Of a stretch of DNA of 64,000 nt, positions 28,869 to 44,102 are shown piece by piece. The stretch lies in assembly GCA_965213705.1 (NCBI GenBank), contig OZ243913.1, forward strand, positions 160,001 to 224,000, written 5' to 3'. Below the pieces are notes generated by a model, which saw only the letters and a program-made list of their open reading frames with translations, did no database searches and was not told where the DNA came from. This DNA comes from Trueperaceae bacterium (GTDB taxonomy: Bacteria; Deinococcota; Deinococci; Deinococcales; Trueperaceae). A program made the translations under genes and the position numbers. Position 1 is the stretch's first letter. Every line of letters starts with the position of its first letter.

Positions 28869-28901
28869 AGCTTAGCAGCGCACTTGTCACAAAACTCTTA
28901 T
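28869..28901 (-). promoter_or_regulatory. Direct-repeat box ATAAG-AGTTTT-GTGAC (28886-28901) plus -10 TAAGCT (28869-28874)
   Basis: 15/16 identical to the 4370 box; 11-nt spacing; partial second box at 28925-28940. Confidence 0.75.
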
Positions 28902-29232
28902 GAAAACGGCCCAAAAGGCCTTGTGTGACAAAACTCCTTTTCATGTCCCTTCCGGTTAACTTCCTCAATTAACCCGAGCGGAATGAAAAGGAACAACTAT
29001 GGATTGTGCTGAGGAACGAGAACTTCTTTTGTTAGTTTAGCATGTATATTATAGAGATTCGTAGGATAACTCAAAAACAGGGCTGCACGGCCGTGACGTT
29101 GTGAAAAAGTCTTCAGCTGCGGATTTAGCTTAGTGTGGGCTCGAGGGCGACAACAATTTCGTTTACTTCGTTGAGTATAGTTATTCATTTTTCGAACCGG
29201 TGGGGCGGTTGCGCTTCGGCAGCTGAAACCAC

Positions 29233-29260
29233 AAAAAGAGGTGGAGCCGAACTCCACCTC
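29233..29260 (-). terminator. Intrinsic terminator of the ysnF-like gene
   Basis: GAGGTGGAG/CTCCACCTC stem with a U-tract on the minus strand. Confidence 0.7.
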
Positions 29261-29286
29261 CTGCGCTACTACGTTGTGGCCGAACC

Positions 29287-30054
29287 TCAGCGTTCGATTT
29301 TTTTGTTCACGTCTACGTCCTCGACCTCGACTTCGGTTTTCCGTTCGGTGCCGCGCACGGTTTCGGTGCGCTCCACGGCTTCTTTCTCGACCAGGATTTC
29401 CTCGACGACGCGGGCTTCTTTTGCGACGACCACCTCTTCGTGCGTCTCGCGCATTTCTAAGGTTTGCTCTTGAAGGTCGGCTTCGGTCGCCGCGCGGTCA
29501 GCCGGGCGGCGCTGCACGTGAACCCGTTCTTCGCGCAGGGTGACGTTTTCCTCGACCGGGGTTTCGCGGACAAAGGTGCGGATGCGTTTGCCGCCCCCCT
29601 CTACGTTGCGTTTGCCCACCGTGATGTCCTCTTCGATGACGGGAATCACGTAACGCTCGCGCTCGGCCTCGACTTGTTCGGCGTCGTAGACGGGCGCGGT
29701 GCGGTCGTAACCGCTGTACCCTTCTTCGCGCCACATCGTCACTCGCTCGTCGATGTCGACGGGGTTGTGGCGGTTCAGGACGGTCTCGGCGTCGTCCAGC
29801 TTGTCGTCGGCAACGGTGACCGCGAGGACCGCACCGCCGCGGCGCACGCCCTCGGCGATGTGACCCGCGTCGTCAGCGTCGCCGGAGCCGAACAGGTTTT
29901 CCCAAAAGCCCGCGTCGCGCTCGGCCCGGTCGGCGTCGTGCGCGACGATTTCCATGTTGCCGCGCTCGAGACCGGCGTCGGTCAGGTCGCGCAGGGCGGC
30001 CTCGGCTTGGTCTTTGCGGTCGTACAGCGCTACTATAGTTGTCGACATGGTCAT
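29287..30054 (-). CDS. YsnF/AvaK-like (DUF2382) stress protein
   Basis: IPVIEEDITVGKR…EEVVVAKEARVVEE; N-terminal EGVRRGG general-stress domain. Confidence 0.85.
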   Translation of the reverse strand: MTMSTTIVALYDRKDQAEAALRDLTDAGLERGNMEIVAHDADRAERDAGFWENLFGSGDADDAGHIAEGVRRGGAVLAVTVADDKLDDAETVLNRHNPVDIDERVTMWREEGYSGYDRTAPVYDAEQVEAERERYVIPVIEEDITVGKRNVEGGGKRIRTFVRETPVEENVTLREERVHVQRRPADRAATEADLQEQTLEMRETHEEVVVAKEARVVEEILVEKEAVERTETVRGTERKTEVEVEDVDVNKKIER

Positions 30055-30210
30055 CTCCTAGTTGAAAAGGTCGTTTGAAAAAAGCGAAAGGTCGCGGGGC
30101 GGTTGTTTGGCGGGTAGGTGTCTAGGACGACGACGTGACGGCGATGACCGAGAAAAACTTGTGGTGCTCGAGCTGACAAAACGCTCGAGCACCTTTTTCG
30201 GGGCCGGCGG

Positions 30211-30687
30211 CTACTTGCGCCCCAGAAAGCGCTTGGCGGCGAACACGGCCAGCCCCGCCAAGGCCATGCGGCCCCCGGTACCCGACAAGGGGCTGTTCGG
30301 CCCGACGACCTGCTCGAGCAGGTCCGGGTCTTGCTGCGCCGCCTTGCGCGTCATCCGCCCGAGTTCACGCGGCGAGCTGGCCGTGTCCAGGTCCTGGTTT
30401 TGATTGTAGCCCTGGTACGGGCGGCTGTCGTCCTGGGTCGCCTCGCGGTAGCGCTCGGCGAGGGCGCGGCGTTCGCGCTCGGACAGTTTGCTGAACGCTT
30501 CGTCGTAGGCCTGCTGCGCGTCCTGGTCGTCTTGGTCATCAGCGTGCGCCATCAGTTCGCGGTAGCGTTGCGCCGCTTCTGCGTCCGAGAGCTGGTCGGG
30601 GCTTTCCCGGTAGCGCCTTTCAAAGTCCTGGTAGTCCTGCTGACGCTGCGGGTCCTGGTTGAAAAAGTCACCTAGTTTCTCGAGCAT
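30211..30687 (-). CDS. Hydrophilic hypothetical protein (158 aa)
   Basis: AAGGAGG RBS; Q/D/E/R-rich. Confidence 0.8.
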   Translation of the reverse strand: MLEKLGDFFNQDPQRQQDYQDFERRYRESPDQLSDAEAAQRYRELMAHADDQDDQDAQQAYDEAFSKLSERERRALAERYREATQDDSRPYQGYNQNQDLDTASSPRELGRMTRKAAQQDPDLLEQVVGPNSPLSGTGGRMALAGLAVFAAKRFLGRK

Positions 30688-30694
30688 GGTAGAC

Positions 30695-30742
30695 CTCCTT
30701 GGTTGCGTTGCTCCTTGATTGCGTTACTCCTCAGTTGCGTTG
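30695..30742. repeat. 16-bp tandem triplication, each unit carrying an AGGAG on the minus strand
   Basis: ctccttggttgcgttg / ctccttgattgcgtta / ctcctcagttgcgttg. Confidence 0.8.
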
Positions 30743-30822
30743 CGGGGCGGCTTTGAATACGGCTTCGGCATCCTTATTTGATTGGGGATTGGGGTTACAG
30801 CTACCGTAGTCGTATCTACACC

Positions 30823-31821
30823 TCAAGCGCGTCGCGCCTCACCCAACGTTTTGGGACGACCGACCAACCCGCCCAGCGCGGCAATCACGGCGCCGATGAG
30901 CAGGCCGACAAACGCCCAGATAGCCGCGGTGCCGATGGCGTCGGCGGCCGTTTGCGCCGCTTCCTCGGCACCTTGGCGAGCCTGCTGCAAGCTGTCTTGC
31001 GCTTGTTGATAAGTTTCTACCCAGCCATCGATGGTTTGGTTCGCCTCGGCCTCGGTGACTCCGGTGCGCTCGACCAGCACGTTGACCAGGTCCTGACGGT
31101 TGGCCGGGTCGGTCAAGTCTTGGCCTTCGGCGAACAGTTGGCTGACGAGTTGGTTGATTTCCTGGCCCGCCTGCTGCGGGTTTTGGGCAATGTCAGTTGC
31201 GGCGTTTTGAACGTCCTGACCAGCTTGTTGCGCTTCTTGCTGAACGTCCTCGGCCTGCAGTTCGGGGTCACCGGTTTGCGCCAAAAGTTGCTGCGCTTCT
31301 TGTTGAATGGTGCTCAGGCTCACGCCTTGCTGCTCGAGGGCGCCCTCCACCGCCTGCGCCGCCTGGGGCGCAACCGCCGAGAGACCCTGGCCCGCCAGCG
31401 ACAGACCCTGACTGACCGCGCTGCCGACCCCGCTCACCAGTCGACCTGCCGCGGTCGAGAGCACCAGAAAGCTGACCAACGTCACGACACCCCAGGTTAA
31501 AAGGCCGTGGAGCAGGCCGTCCGAGGCGCGCGTCAAACCCGCCAAACGGCCGGCGATGTAGCCGCCCGCAAACAGCGCCAGAACGTTGCTGATAATCAAG
31601 CCGACGGCGGTGCCGGTGCCGATGCCCGAAAAAGGCTGCGCTTCGGTCGCGGGGTTGATGGTCGGCGTGACGATGCCCAAAACGAGCAGGTTGATGAGTA
31701 CCGAAACCATCAGCGCGATGAGGCTGCCTGCCAATACCGCCGCCCAAGACACGCGGCGCACGGGCGTGTTGTCGGCAACGACGACAGTTTCGTTGATTGG
31801 GGTGTTTCTTTTTGTAGTCAT
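30823..31821 (-). CDS. Membrane protein with a Q/A-rich helical loop
   Basis: RVSWAAVLAG, GGYIAGRLAG, HGLLTWG; GGGAG RBS before ATG 31821. Confidence 0.8.
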   Translation of the reverse strand: MTTKRNTPINETVVVADNTPVRRVSWAAVLAGSLIALMVSVLINLLVLGIVTPTINPATEAQPFSGIGTGTAVGLIISNVLALFAGGYIAGRLAGLTRASDGLLHGLLTWGVVTLVSFLVLSTAAGRLVSGVGSAVSQGLSLAGQGLSAVAPQAAQAVEGALEQQGVSLSTIQQEAQQLLAQTGDPELQAEDVQQEAQQAGQDVQNAATDIAQNPQQAGQEINQLVSQLFAEGQDLTDPANRQDLVNVLVERTGVTEAEANQTIDGWVETYQQAQDSLQQARQGAEEAAQTAADAIGTAAIWAFVGLLIGAVIAALGGLVGRPKTLGEARRA

Positions 31822-32607
31822 AAATCGTTCTCCCTTTGGTTGTTTGCTGCGTTCGTTTTTTGCTGCGAGTGAAAGTGTATCATCGGTCGGTTGAGCAACC
31901 ACAGCTCGGGTCTTCAGTTTGCTAAGCGTAAGTTGCGCTCACGTCTTACGACTGCTGTGCCTCTTTGAAACCGGTTAGCCGACAAAACGCTGATGACGTG
32001 TGAGTAATCTCGAGAGTCACCTTTAAGGCATCACCTTAAAAAGTTGCTCTGGCTTGCCAGTCACCAAACCTGTCTTTGAAGTTGACACTTATTTTCCCTC
32101 CCACGGTTCCACAACCTTCTTCGGCACTTTCCGGCACGACGAGGCGCCTTTACATCGAGGTGCCTTTACATCACAGTTTGCCATAAGCCTTGGTGAACCC
32201 GAGATGCTGTCCCCTTCGGCAGTACGGTAGTTACAACTATAGGCGAAGCCTCATCTTACGCCTAGGTATGCTCTACCCACCTTGAACAGTATTGAGTTAC
32301 CGAGTACCCGCCGGTAAAAGGTTGCGCTTTGACCTTCAGGACGGCGGGCTCGAGCTTGAGCCGGCTTGCGACATTTCGGCCTAAAGGGCTCGGCATGTGC
32401 GAGGGCTTGACATCAGCAAGCCGACGCGCCCATTCTTAGTCCGGCACCGGACACCTACGGAACTCCCAGCACCTCGCGCTACACGGCGCGAGGTGGTGGC
32501 ACCGCCGAACGAGGTCGTCGGCGACGATTTCAAAAGCTTTGGGTTCGCTCGTTCACGATGCAGCTGTTTTTTCCGTCAATCCAGGAGGCTGGAAGTCTTG
32601 GGGCAAC

Positions 32608-33504
32608 CTACCTCAGCACTGCCCCGAACAACCGTGGCAGGGAAAAGTCTTGGCGGAGCAAACCTGGCAGCTCGAGCGAGAAGCCGCCGGAAAGTTCTAG
32701 GTCGAGCCCGCCACCCTGAGACAGTCCCGCCAGCTCTTGCACCAACGCGGTGCCCAAGTCGGCGGGCCGCAGCTCGAACGCCAAACTGAGCGCCGCGCTC
32801 GAGAAAGCGGGGAGCGGCTGCGCGGTCACGCCCACCGAGGCGACCGGGCGACCCCCGAGTTGAAGGGTGAGGGCCGGCGCGCTGAACACGTAGCCCAACG
32901 GCGTGGCGTTGTCCAGTTCGACGCCGACGGCGACGACGGCCCGGTGCAAACTCAGCTCGCGCAACCCGGACGCCTCGGGCAAGAACCGAAAGGTCGGCGC
33001 GCTCAGCGTGACGGCTTGTTGCAGCGTGCCCTCGGCTATCACCGTTTCGAAACGGCGCTCCACGCCGAACGCCTGCGCCGTCGCCGCGCCCTCCAGCCGG
33101 TAGGGCGTCGGCTCGCCCGCGACCAGGCGAGCCAAGTCGACGACTAAGTCCGGCGTCTTGTTCAGGTCGACCGTCACCTTCAGCTCGAGGGTTTCCGAAG
33201 CGTGCGGCGGCAGGTTTACGCCTTCGTTCGAGCGTGCCAGCGCCGCGGGCGTGCCGCCGACGGCCAAACCCACGTCTAGGTCGGACAAGGAGAGAGCGAA
33301 GCCGTTGGGGTTGCCGACCTCGACCACGAGCCCGAACACGGCCGTGCCCGAGCCCACGCCCGGCGGGTCGAGCCGTAGCAGGGTCAGGGTTTCGGGCAGC
33401 AGCCGAAACGTCGGTCGCTCGACCGCCTCAACTCGCGGAATGCAGCCCGGCAGCAAACCGAGGCCGACCACGACGAGCGCAAGGACAAGTAAGCGTCGGC
33501 TCAT
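32608..33504 (-). CDS. LEA type-2 (WHy) domain lipoprotein with tandem domains
   Basis: Lipobox-like LLPGC; VGNPNGFAL and LDNATPLG repeats. Confidence 0.75.
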   Translation of the reverse strand: MSRRLLVLALVVVGLGLLPGCIPRVEAVERPTFRLLPETLTLLRLDPPGVGSGTAVFGLVVEVGNPNGFALSLSDLDVGLAVGGTPAALARSNEGVNLPPHASETLELKVTVDLNKTPDLVVDLARLVAGEPTPYRLEGAATAQAFGVERRFETVIAEGTLQQAVTLSAPTFRFLPEASGLRELSLHRAVVAVGVELDNATPLGYVFSAPALTLQLGGRPVASVGVTAQPLPAFSSAALSLAFELRPADLGTALVQELAGLSQGGGLDLELSGGFSLELPGLLRQDFSLPRLFGAVLR

Positions 33505-33991
33505 AAAAACCTCTTCCCACTCACTAGAGCGAAACTCTGCAGAAACACCCGCCCCGACTTGTAGCGCGTCGACGACAGCGTGACGGGCGACAGCGTGGCG
33601 GGCAGCCGAGACACACCCACGAAACCGAGCAGTCAGCTCGCTCAGCAGACCGAGCGGTAAATTCGCTCGGCGCAGCCAAAGTCGAGGCTCACAGTTTGGG
33701 GCCGTGAGCCTCGAGGGCTCAGCAAACGCTGCTTCCCCGGTGGTCTCCACGAGTTTAGATGACTCAGCCACGTCCTGGCTAGATGCAGACGGCCCTGCCC
33801 GGCGGGTACCGGGTTACCAGGCGTAGCCGTTTGAAGAGGTCCGAGGCGTGTCGACCTGTTCTCGAGCCTATCCAAGCCCCTTCGGCACGCGGCGCGGTGT
33901 CCTGTACGAAAAGTCAGCTCTCACCGGCCGCCGTGAGAGCTTGGTCGGCTCCGAAGCCGTGCTAAACTCCTCCGAGCAGCGGAGGTTGACC

Positions 33992-37084
<3,093 letters not shown>

Positions 37085-37088
37085 AGGC

Positions 37089-38828
37089 TCAGCGGCCTCT
37101 GTTGGTTTGAAACGTCATAGCGACTTCGGTGTCCGTCTCGGTCTCGGCGGCGGCGAACCCTTCGAGAGGAGTTGACTCGTCCTCGCCGCCCTGGAACCTG
37201 GCGGTGCGGCGGCTGGGTAAGTGAACGCGCAAGGACAGCGCGTATTCGGATAGTTTAAGAAGCGCGTCCGACACCTTGAAACGCAGGCAGAACTCGCCGC
37301 TGTCCACCTTGCTGACGAGGTGAAACGGCGCTTGGCCCAGCAAGTCCAGAACCTTGAGCGCGTCTTCGCGGCCGACCTCTTCGTCTAGCACGTCGTCGAG
37401 GACGAAGACGGCGGGCGCTTTGAGGGCGGCCAAGTGCTGCAACACCGCCGAAAAAGTACCGCGTTCGCGAACACGGTCTTGGACGCCGCGCTCGAAGCGG
37501 TCAAAGCCTTTTTCAAACAAACCGTCACGCTCGAAATGGCTTTCTAGGTCGACGGGGCCGACCGGCAGGACGCCCAGCACGTTTTCCAAACGGCCCAACG
37601 CGGTCCAGGACCAGAGCGAGGTGTGCGCGACGTCTGCAGGCGCTTCGTACGAGGTGAGGTCGAGGGCGTGGCCGAACAACGCCGCGTAGGTCGAACCCAC
37701 TTCGCGGCGGCGCGCCGACAGGGCGGTAAGGTCGGGCTTGACGCGTTCGGGCAGCACGTGAACGAGCACGCTGTAGTAGCGCCTGCCTAGGTCGGCGTGA
37801 GCGAGCAGTTGACCGTGCGCCAAGCCTTCGACCCGGTAACCGAGCGCGACCAGCAGGCTTTTCGCGCGCTTTTGCTGGGACAAGTCACCCGGCTCTTGCT
37901 CGGAGTTGAGGCCGGTGTCGCCGGGAAAAATAACGACGCGCGGGTACGGCGTCACGCTGGCACGTTTGGCCTTGCCGGTTTTGGTAGCGTCGCGCAGCCG
38001 GGCGAAAGGCGCCTCGAAGAAGGGTTTTGTCGCCGGAAGGTGCGGTTTCGGCTCCGCCGAGGCCGTTGCCGACTGGGCCGGGGAAGTTTCAGCCTCGAGC
38101 CTCAGGGGTTCTTTGTTCAAATTTCGAGTGTTCAAATTGCGAGTGTTCGAACCGTGAGGGTTCGGATTCCCGACATCTGAACTCTCAGCGTTCGGATTTT
38201 CAGCGCTCGGATTTTCAGCGCTCGAGGCTTCGTTGTCCGGAGTCTGTCTGCTCAAACCCTCTTTGCTCAAACCCTCTTTGCTCAAACCCTCTTTGTTCAA
38301 ACCCCCGCCTGCGGCTTCTTTACCGGAGGCGCCGACGGTGACGCCCTTGCCGGTTCCGGCGGACGTTTCCGCGGACGCCGCGACGTGCCAGCGTCCTTTT
38401 TTAAAAGTAAAGCGGTCGTCTTTGGCGACCGCGTCGGCGAGAGTGCGCGGCTCCAGGTCCGGGTACAGCGCCTGCATCTCGGCTTCGGACAGGGCGACGC
38501 GCTGCTCGGCGAATGCCTTGAGCGCGTCCGGGGCCGCGCGGTCGTAGGGTTTGCGGGCGTTCTTAAAAGGCGTGAACGCGTAGTGGCCGTCGTCTTGCAG
38601 ACGAATCAGCACGGCGTCGTTGACCTCCAGGTCGTGCAGCTTGAAAAAGCCGTCGACCCCGCCGACGACGCGCGGCGCGTCGACGTGCAGGGTGAACTCT
38701 TCATTTTGCCGGGTGTCCAAAACCTTAAAGCTGCCCTCGCTCGGGAACAGCTCCAACATGCTTTGCGGTAACGTGAGTTGGCCGTTGCGAAGGCAGTAGC
38801 GGGTCAGCGTGTACTTGTACTCAGGCAT
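37089..38828 (-). CDS. Multidomain hypothetical protein with a low-complexity linker
   Basis: GGGGA RBS; 15-nt repeats (KEGLS, NPSAE, NTRNL) in the linker. Confidence 0.8.
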   Translation of the reverse strand: MPEYKYTLTRYCLRNGQLTLPQSMLELFPSEGSFKVLDTRQNEEFTLHVDAPRVVGGVDGFFKLHDLEVNDAVLIRLQDDGHYAFTPFKNARKPYDRAAPDALKAFAEQRVALSEAEMQALYPDLEPRTLADAVAKDDRFTFKKGRWHVAASAETSAGTGKGVTVGASGKEAAGGGLNKEGLSKEGLSKEGLSRQTPDNEASSAENPSAENPNAESSDVGNPNPHGSNTRNLNTRNLNKEPLRLEAETSPAQSATASAEPKPHLPATKPFFEAPFARLRDATKTGKAKRASVTPYPRVVIFPGDTGLNSEQEPGDLSQQKRAKSLLVALGYRVEGLAHGQLLAHADLGRRYYSVLVHVLPERVKPDLTALSARRREVGSTYAALFGHALDLTSYEAPADVAHTSLWSWTALGRLENVLGVLPVGPVDLESHFERDGLFEKGFDRFERGVQDRVRERGTFSAVLQHLAALKAPAVFVLDDVLDEEVGREDALKVLDLLGQAPFHLVSKVDSGEFCLRFKVSDALLKLSEYALSLRVHLPSRRTARFQGGEDESTPLEGFAAAETETDTEVAMTFQTNRGR

Positions 38829-39264
38829 GGTCTATCCCCTTCGAAACACGTCGTAAAAGGCTATGCAGTTCTTTTTAAGCTCCTCAAAGCTCAGGGTTGT
38901 CGCTAGTTAACAGCTTGCTCGGTAGCTGGGTCCGAGTCTACCAGACCTCTTTACAAGATGTGTGAACACCTCTTGTACCCAAGCGGCGCGCCAAGACAAG
39001 GTATAGCACTGAAAAACCCGAAGCGTCCTACCTCCGGGGCCTCCTGTTCTTGGCTTGGGCGAGTATAAAACGCTTTTGTCCCCAACCTCAATAGGGTGTC
39101 ACGAGCACCGGCACGCCGAACCTGTGCAAGAACCGTTTTGTACCCCGGTTCGCCTCAAACTCAGGGGGCATTGAGTAAACTTGGGCGTTGTTGATAGAGG
39201 TTTCTCAAGCTCTGTGACGAGTTGCGCTGACAAAGCGGTTAAGTCGAGAAACTGGAAAGGACTT

Positions 39265-41309
39265 ATGAACCCTTTACTTTCACGCGAATTTGTTATTCCC
39301 TTCGACAAAATAGATGCGGTATCCGTCGAGAGGGGCGTCGACACGGCGCTGGCGCAGGCTCGAGCCGATTTAGCTGCGCTGCTCACCGACGACCGCCCCC
39401 CCACCTACGCCACGACCCTGCAAGCCTTAGACGACCTCACCGAGCGTTTGGGGCGCGCCATGACCCTCGCTTATCACCTCGTCTCGGTCACCACGACGCC
39501 CCCGTTGCGCGCCGCCTTCAACGCCGCGCTGCCTGCCTACTCGGCATTTTTTGCGCAGTTGCCGCTGAACGAACAGCTGTGGCAACTCCTCAAAACCTAC
39601 GCCGACACGCCCGAGGCGAAGGCGTTGCAGGGCGTCAAAAAGCGCCACCTGGACAAAACCTTACAAGAGTTCAGGCGTGCCGGGGCCGACCTGGACCCCG
39701 ACGCCAAAGCGCGGGTCGAACAGGTTCAGGTCGAACTGAGCCGACTGCAGACGAAATTCTCCGAAAACGTCCTCGACGCGACCAACGCCTACGAACTCGT
39801 CGTCACCGACGAAACGCGCCTGAGCGGTCTGCCCGACTCGGTCAAGGCGCAGGCCAAAGCCGACGCGGCGGCCAAGAACAAAGAGGGCTGGCGCTTTACC
39901 CTGCAAGCGCCGTCCTACACGCCGTTTATGAAGTTCGCCGACGCCAGAGACCTGCGCCGCGAACTGTACGAGGCCTTTGTCAGCCGCGCCAGCACCGGCG
40001 ACCTGGACAACCGCCCGAACATCGACAAGATTTTAGCGTTGCGCAAAGAACTCGCTACCTTGCTCGGCTACCGCGACTTCGCCGACTACCGTTTGGAAAC
40101 CAACATGGTGAAGTCGGGCGACGCCGCGCTGGCTTTCGAGCGAGACCTGTTCGACAAGACTTTAGAGCACTGGCAGCAAGAAAAAGACGCGCTCACTGGT
40201 TTTGCCGCGACGCTGGGGTTGGACGACCTCCAACCCTACGACCTCGCCTACCTCACCGAAAAGCTGCGCAAGGCGCGGTACGACCTGGACGAGGAAGAGT
40301 TGCGGCCTTATTTTCCACTTCAACAAGTCCTGAGCGGCTTATTCGACATCGCTGGGCGGCTGTTCGGTGTGACCGTGAGCCGACGCGACAACGCCCAGGT
40401 GTGGCACGAGGACGTCGAGTTCTACGACCTCCACGACGAGGCGGGCACCCACCTGGGCTCGTTTTACGCCGACTGGTTCCCGCGCGAGAGCAAGCAGGGC
40501 GGCGCTTGGAAAAACGGCTTCATCATCGGCGGGCCGCTCGAGGACGGGTCCGACCCCCACGCTTTCGACCCTCACTTGGCGGTCATCGTCGCCAACTTTA
40601 CGCCGCCGCAAGAGGGTAAGCCCGCGCTGCTGACCCACCGCGAGGTGCAGACCATCTTCCACGAGTTCGGCCACCTGCTCCACCACGCGCTGTCCCGCGT
40701 CACGGTGCGCGCGCGCGGCGCGACCAACGTACCGCGCGACTGGGTCGAACTGCCCTCGCAGATTATGGAAAATTGGATTTGGGAACGCGACGCGCTGAAC
40801 CTGTTCGCGCGTCACTTTGAGACCGGCGAGCCCATCCCCGACGCGCTCTTTGCCAAGATGACCGCCGCCCAGACCTTTATGGAGGCGAGTGCGCAGGTGC
40901 GCCAACTGAGCTTGGGCACGATCGACCTGCTGCTCCACACGAGCTATAACCAAGAACGTGACGGTGACGTCGTCGCATTCGCCAACCGCACGATGGAGCC
41001 CTTTGTGCTGCGCCCCGAGTTCGCGCACAACAGCTTTTTGACCGCCTTCAGCCACGTGTTCGCGGGCGGTTACGCGGCGAGCTACTACAGCTACAAGTGG
41101 TCCGAAGTGCTGGACGCCGACGCTTTTTCACGCTTCAAGGCCGAGGGCATCTTCAACCGTGAAACGGGCCGCGACTACGCCGAGGCCGTCCTGTCGCGCG
41201 GCGACAGCGAGGACCCGGCCGAGTTGTTTCGCGAGTTCATGGGCCGCGACCCGGACGCCGCAGCCCTGATTGAACGCAACCTGGGACCGCTCGAAGGGGT
41301 GCCGAGCTG

Positions 41310-41310
<1 letters not shown>
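39265..41310 (+). CDS. M3A metallopeptidase (oligopeptidase A-like)
   Basis: FHEFGHLLH, VELPSQ, GGYAASYYSYKW. Confidence 0.93.
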
Positions 41311-43136
<1,826 letters not shown>

Positions 43137-43160
43137 CTCGCCTGCAAAGTGGAACTGTAG

Positions 43161-43219
43161 GTAGTCAGAATTCAGTAGTCCGTCGTCAGCATCGTTCGAA
43201 CCTACTGAATTCTGGCTAC
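43161..43219. repeat. Heptamer-built inverted repeat between convergent pepF and vapC
   Basis: GTAGTCAGAATTCAGTAG…CTACTGAATTCTGGCTAC. Confidence 0.65.
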
Positions 43220-43223
43220 TGCT

Positions 43224-43640
43224 TTATCCCTCGAGCGGCAACCTCAAGGTTTTCAAATCGGTGTGCTGGAAGTCGTCACCGACAAAAGCAAGCGTTTCAC
43301 CCGTAGCTTTGGCGAGCGCGTAGCTCATCACGTCGCCGTAGTTCAGGGCGGCGGGGTGGCCCTGGCCTTTGCCGTATAGAAGGTAAGCTTCGCGGGCTAT
43401 TCGGGCGTGTTTGACGGATAAGGGGACGACCTCTAGTTCCGCCTCGAGCACGAACTCGTCCACACGGCTCAGCGCTTCCGCCGGAGTTACGGTTTGGTCA
43501 CGCGACAGCACCGCTTGCACCTCGACAAGTGAAGCTGCTGAGATGAGCCGCGCTTTTTGTTGTTTGAGAAGGGTCAAACTCTCGAGCCAGCCCGCTTCTC
43601 GGAGCATGATTTGGATGACGACGCTGGTGTCGAAGACCAT
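43224..43640 (-). CDS. vapC: VapC PIN-domain toxin
   Basis: VFDTS, GHPAALNYGD, GDDF. Confidence 0.92.
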   Translation of the reverse strand: MVFDTSVVIQIMLREAGWLESLTLLKQQKARLISAASLVEVQAVLSRDQTVTPAEALSRVDEFVLEAELEVVPLSVKHARIAREAYLLYGKGQGHPAALNYGDVMSYALAKATGETLAFVGDDFQHTDLKTLRLPLEG

Positions 43641-43892
43641 TCAGGGCATACCCAACAGATGTTCGATTTCTTCTTTGGTGGGGGCCTTACCGAGCGAGTC
43701 GGGGGGAAACATTGTGTGGATTTTGCGCTTTGTGAACTCAACCAAGCGCTCCAATTCCTTGTCTTCCTCCAAACTTCTACGGTAACTTTCCAGGGCTTCG
43801 ATGACGAGTTCGGTTTTTCCCTTGCCCGTGCGCTTGGTGAGGTCGTTTAAGAGTTCGACGGCGTGGTCATTCTTGATGCTGAACTGTTGCAT
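43641..43892 (-). CDS. vapB: VapB antitoxin
   Basis: FSIKND…GKTELVIEAL; leaderless TATGCT-N6-ATG; palindromes TTTGTACAAA and CTACA…TGTAG upstream. Confidence 0.85.
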   Translation of the reverse strand: MQQFSIKNDHAVELLNDLTKRTGKGKTELVIEALESYRRSLEEDKELERLVEFTKRKIHTMFPPDSLGKAPTKEEIEHLLGMP

Positions 43893-44005
43893 GGGGTCAG
43901 CATAGCACGGTTTGTACAAACTACAGAGATTTGTAGAAAACGGTTTGTCGACGAACGCAACCGAGAAACCTCAACCCTGTAACGGCACCCGACGGCCGCG
44001 GCGCG

Positions 44006-44038
44006 GTGAGATTTTTGTAAGAGGAAACTCGCTAGACT
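44006..44038 (+). promoter_or_regulatory. Direct-repeat box GTGAG-ATTTTT-GTAAG (44006-44021) plus -10 TAGACT (44033-44038)
   Basis: 11-nt spacing; upstream of the TPR-GGDEF gene. Confidence 0.75.
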
Positions 44039-44102
44039 TTGAGCCGGAGGCAAAAACACTCGAGCGGGCCACGACCGCCCCCGAGTAGAAGGGCTCAGGG
44101 CT

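Noticed and set aside
33770..33990. Possible riboswitch or attenuator upstream of carB
   Set aside because: GC-rich pairing is possible but I recognise no motif, and a -10 (TAAACT) lies close to the RBS
38935..38967. Seventh copy of the direct-repeat promoter box
   Set aside because: Only one half-site and the wrong spacing to TAGACT
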